DNA of 64,000 nucleotides from Convolutriloba macropyga (lineage: Eukaryota). Shown here piece after piece: positions 62,541 to 64,000 of this stretch. The stretch's first letter is position 1. Each line of letters starts with the position of its first letter. The stretch covers positions 34,410,001 through 34,474,000 of the forward strand of contig NC_134476.1 of NCBI RefSeq assembly GCF_964194025.1, read 5' to 3'. Below the pieces are notes generated by a model. It ran no database searches, was not told the DNA's origin, and was given only the letters and a program-made list of their open reading frames with translations. Position numbers and translations under genes: made by a program.

Positions 62541-63612
62541 TTTGACAAATTTTCTTTACTTGTATAAACTGTGGCCAGCCATAACCTTTGCCACTATCAC
62601 TGAATTTATGGGCCAATTCCCTTCGAACGGACTTACTGTCACATTTCCAGTTGTGAAGAATGAACCGGTAGCGAAGTTCGTGCTCTGGATATTGAAAATC
62701 CCGAGATAATGGTTTCATGTGAAGATAGAGCGATAGCGAATTTTTCTCGTGTAAACAACAACTGACAGCGAACTTGAAAAACTGGTATATCAGCGTATAT
62801 GGAGAGAAGCAAACTTTCACAGAATTACAGGAAGATAAGATGTCGGAAACATCGATCATAAAGCAAAGATTGTGCGACTCTAAGACAGAGATGATTTCTA
62901 ATTTATCTTTCTTCAATATCTTCAACAACTTGGACACTATCGAGTAATCCCTGTCAACTAATTCGCCATTTCCAATCTTTGCTAGTATTTGCAGGTCGTT
63001 ATTTGAGAATGCCGAATTAGCAACCTGCAGCAAAAACTCCATAAGTTTCTTTTGAGCCTCATACTTCCTCAACATTTTCTTGCAGTCTGCAACTTCAGTA
63101 GACGCAATTTTTAAATTTGTAGCAATCAAATCTTCTTTGCCGTGCAACAAAGGCAGACGTCCCAACGCATCGCTCACCAAAGAAGAAAGCACGTATTTCA
63201 TCAACTTCAAATTACAACCTTTATGGTTCAATTCAATGCAGTCCTTGCAAACTGCCTCGTTGCAATCATTACACCAGTGATAGCACTCTTTGTTCAAGTG
63301 TTGATCACACGGTGGATACTTTTCATTACTGTCGCTGAGGCTGAGACGCTCAAACTTCAATTTTCTCATATTTTCAAACGCTTCCCTCATTCCATACATC
63401 GGAGTCAAATCGTCAATCGACACCATATGCTCTGCACTACAAATTGCGCATTTGATTTTCCCAAAATCGTTGCACATTCTAGTTAAACATCGCTTCGAGG
63501 GTCCACAAAACATATGTCCACAAGGCAATAATCGAGGATCCCAGAACACTTGATAGCAAATTGAGCATTCGAACTCTTTCAAATCATTCGCAGGAAGCCC
63601 ACCAGTTGCCAT
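62440..63612 (-). CDS. RING-B-box-coiled-coil-MATH TRIM-like E3 ligase gene D, intact
   Basis: RING CSIC..PCGHMFCGPSKRC..CAIC; B-box CDQH..CNDC..CKDC..HKGC; helical linker; MATH-like SLYLH..FILHNW..GYGWPQFI..WLRNGKLCVLVKI; first ATG at 63612. Confidence 0.92.
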   Translation of the reverse strand: MATGGLPANDLKEFECSICYQVFWDPRLLPCGHMFCGPSKRCLTRMCNDFGKIKCAICSAEHMVSIDDLTPMYGMREAFENMRKLKFERLSLSDSNEKYPPCDQHLNKECYHWCNDCNEAVCKDCIELNHKGCNLKLMKYVLSSLVSDALGRLPLLHGKEDLIATNLKIASTEVADCKKMLRKYEAQKKLMEFLLQVANSAFSNNDLQILAKIGNGELVDRDYSIVSKLLKILKKDKLEIISVLESHNLCFMIDVSDILSSCNSVKVCFSPYTLIYQFFKFAVSCCLHEKNSLSLYLHMKPLSRDFQYPEHELRYRFILHNWKCDSKSVRRELAHKFSDSGKGYGWPQFIQVKKICQNRDDWLRNGKLCVLVKICDSLSRKRINANMQIL

Positions 63613-64000
63613 AGCAAACAAATGAAAATTTCAAAATAAACAATCTAGAATATGAAAAAGGGGAATGATGTTTTCATCATCTATACAAAATTCTTAAAGC
63701 AGCCATACAACTGCTTGATAGAACTGAAACGCAAATAAGAAGTACAAGAAGCGCGGATGTTTCCCTGTCAAAAAAAGATAGCAAAAGTGCGTGACGTATT
63801 TGTAGATTTCAACGATAGCAATCCTTAGTTCGTACCCCAATGAAAAACAATGATGCTACCTGAAAAATCACGATTAATAATAATAAATTGTTCTCAGATA
63901 CTGTAAATACAATTTTTGTATCTAAATGTATCTGAAAGGACGCCAAAAAGGCATTAAGCCTGTCAAGTGGTGCCTAAGAGCAAATTATTTCTTTATGGGT

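Noticed and set aside
62132-63486. Plus-strand ORFs over or beside gene D
   Set aside because: Antisense shadows of the real CDS and its duplicated 3' flank.
62440-63612. Naming the gene TRIM37
   Set aside because: Same architecture, but different RING spacing, no long C-terminal tail and multiple paralogs; orthology is not shown.

Overview
AT-rich animal (invertebrate-like) nuclear DNA with two assembly gaps and dense transposon content; the taxon cannot be fixed from this window. Main contents: (1) A full-length BEL/Pao LTR retrotransposon (1243-10414) with identical 154-bp LTRs, AGTTG TSD, PBS and PPT. Its gag-pol is disabled, but ahead of gag it carries an unusual 3-kb module: a 90-bp tandem array, a 129-bp array built of about 18 CCUGG-CYAA-CCAGG hairpins, an intact SGNH/GDSL-esterase ORF, and a covariation-supported structured RNA with three GUGA-loop hairpins. 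This is the best candidate for an undescribed system. (2) A FoxQ2-family forkhead gene with a C-terminal eh1 motif and an upstream TAATC/GATTA cluster. (3) A birth-and-death cluster of four co-oriented TRIM-like (RING)-B-box-coiled-coil-MATH genes without coding introns: two lack the RING, two are frameshifted, and there is one extra 3' fragment. (4) A Helentron/DINE-1-like non-autonomous family with three long copies, several isolated ends and a fold-back palindrome. (5) An internally deleted Gypsy element, CRE-like, RTEX-like and other LINE remnants, MITEs, tRNA-derived SINE heads, a local tandem duplication and simple repeats. All calls are from manual reading; no searches were run.
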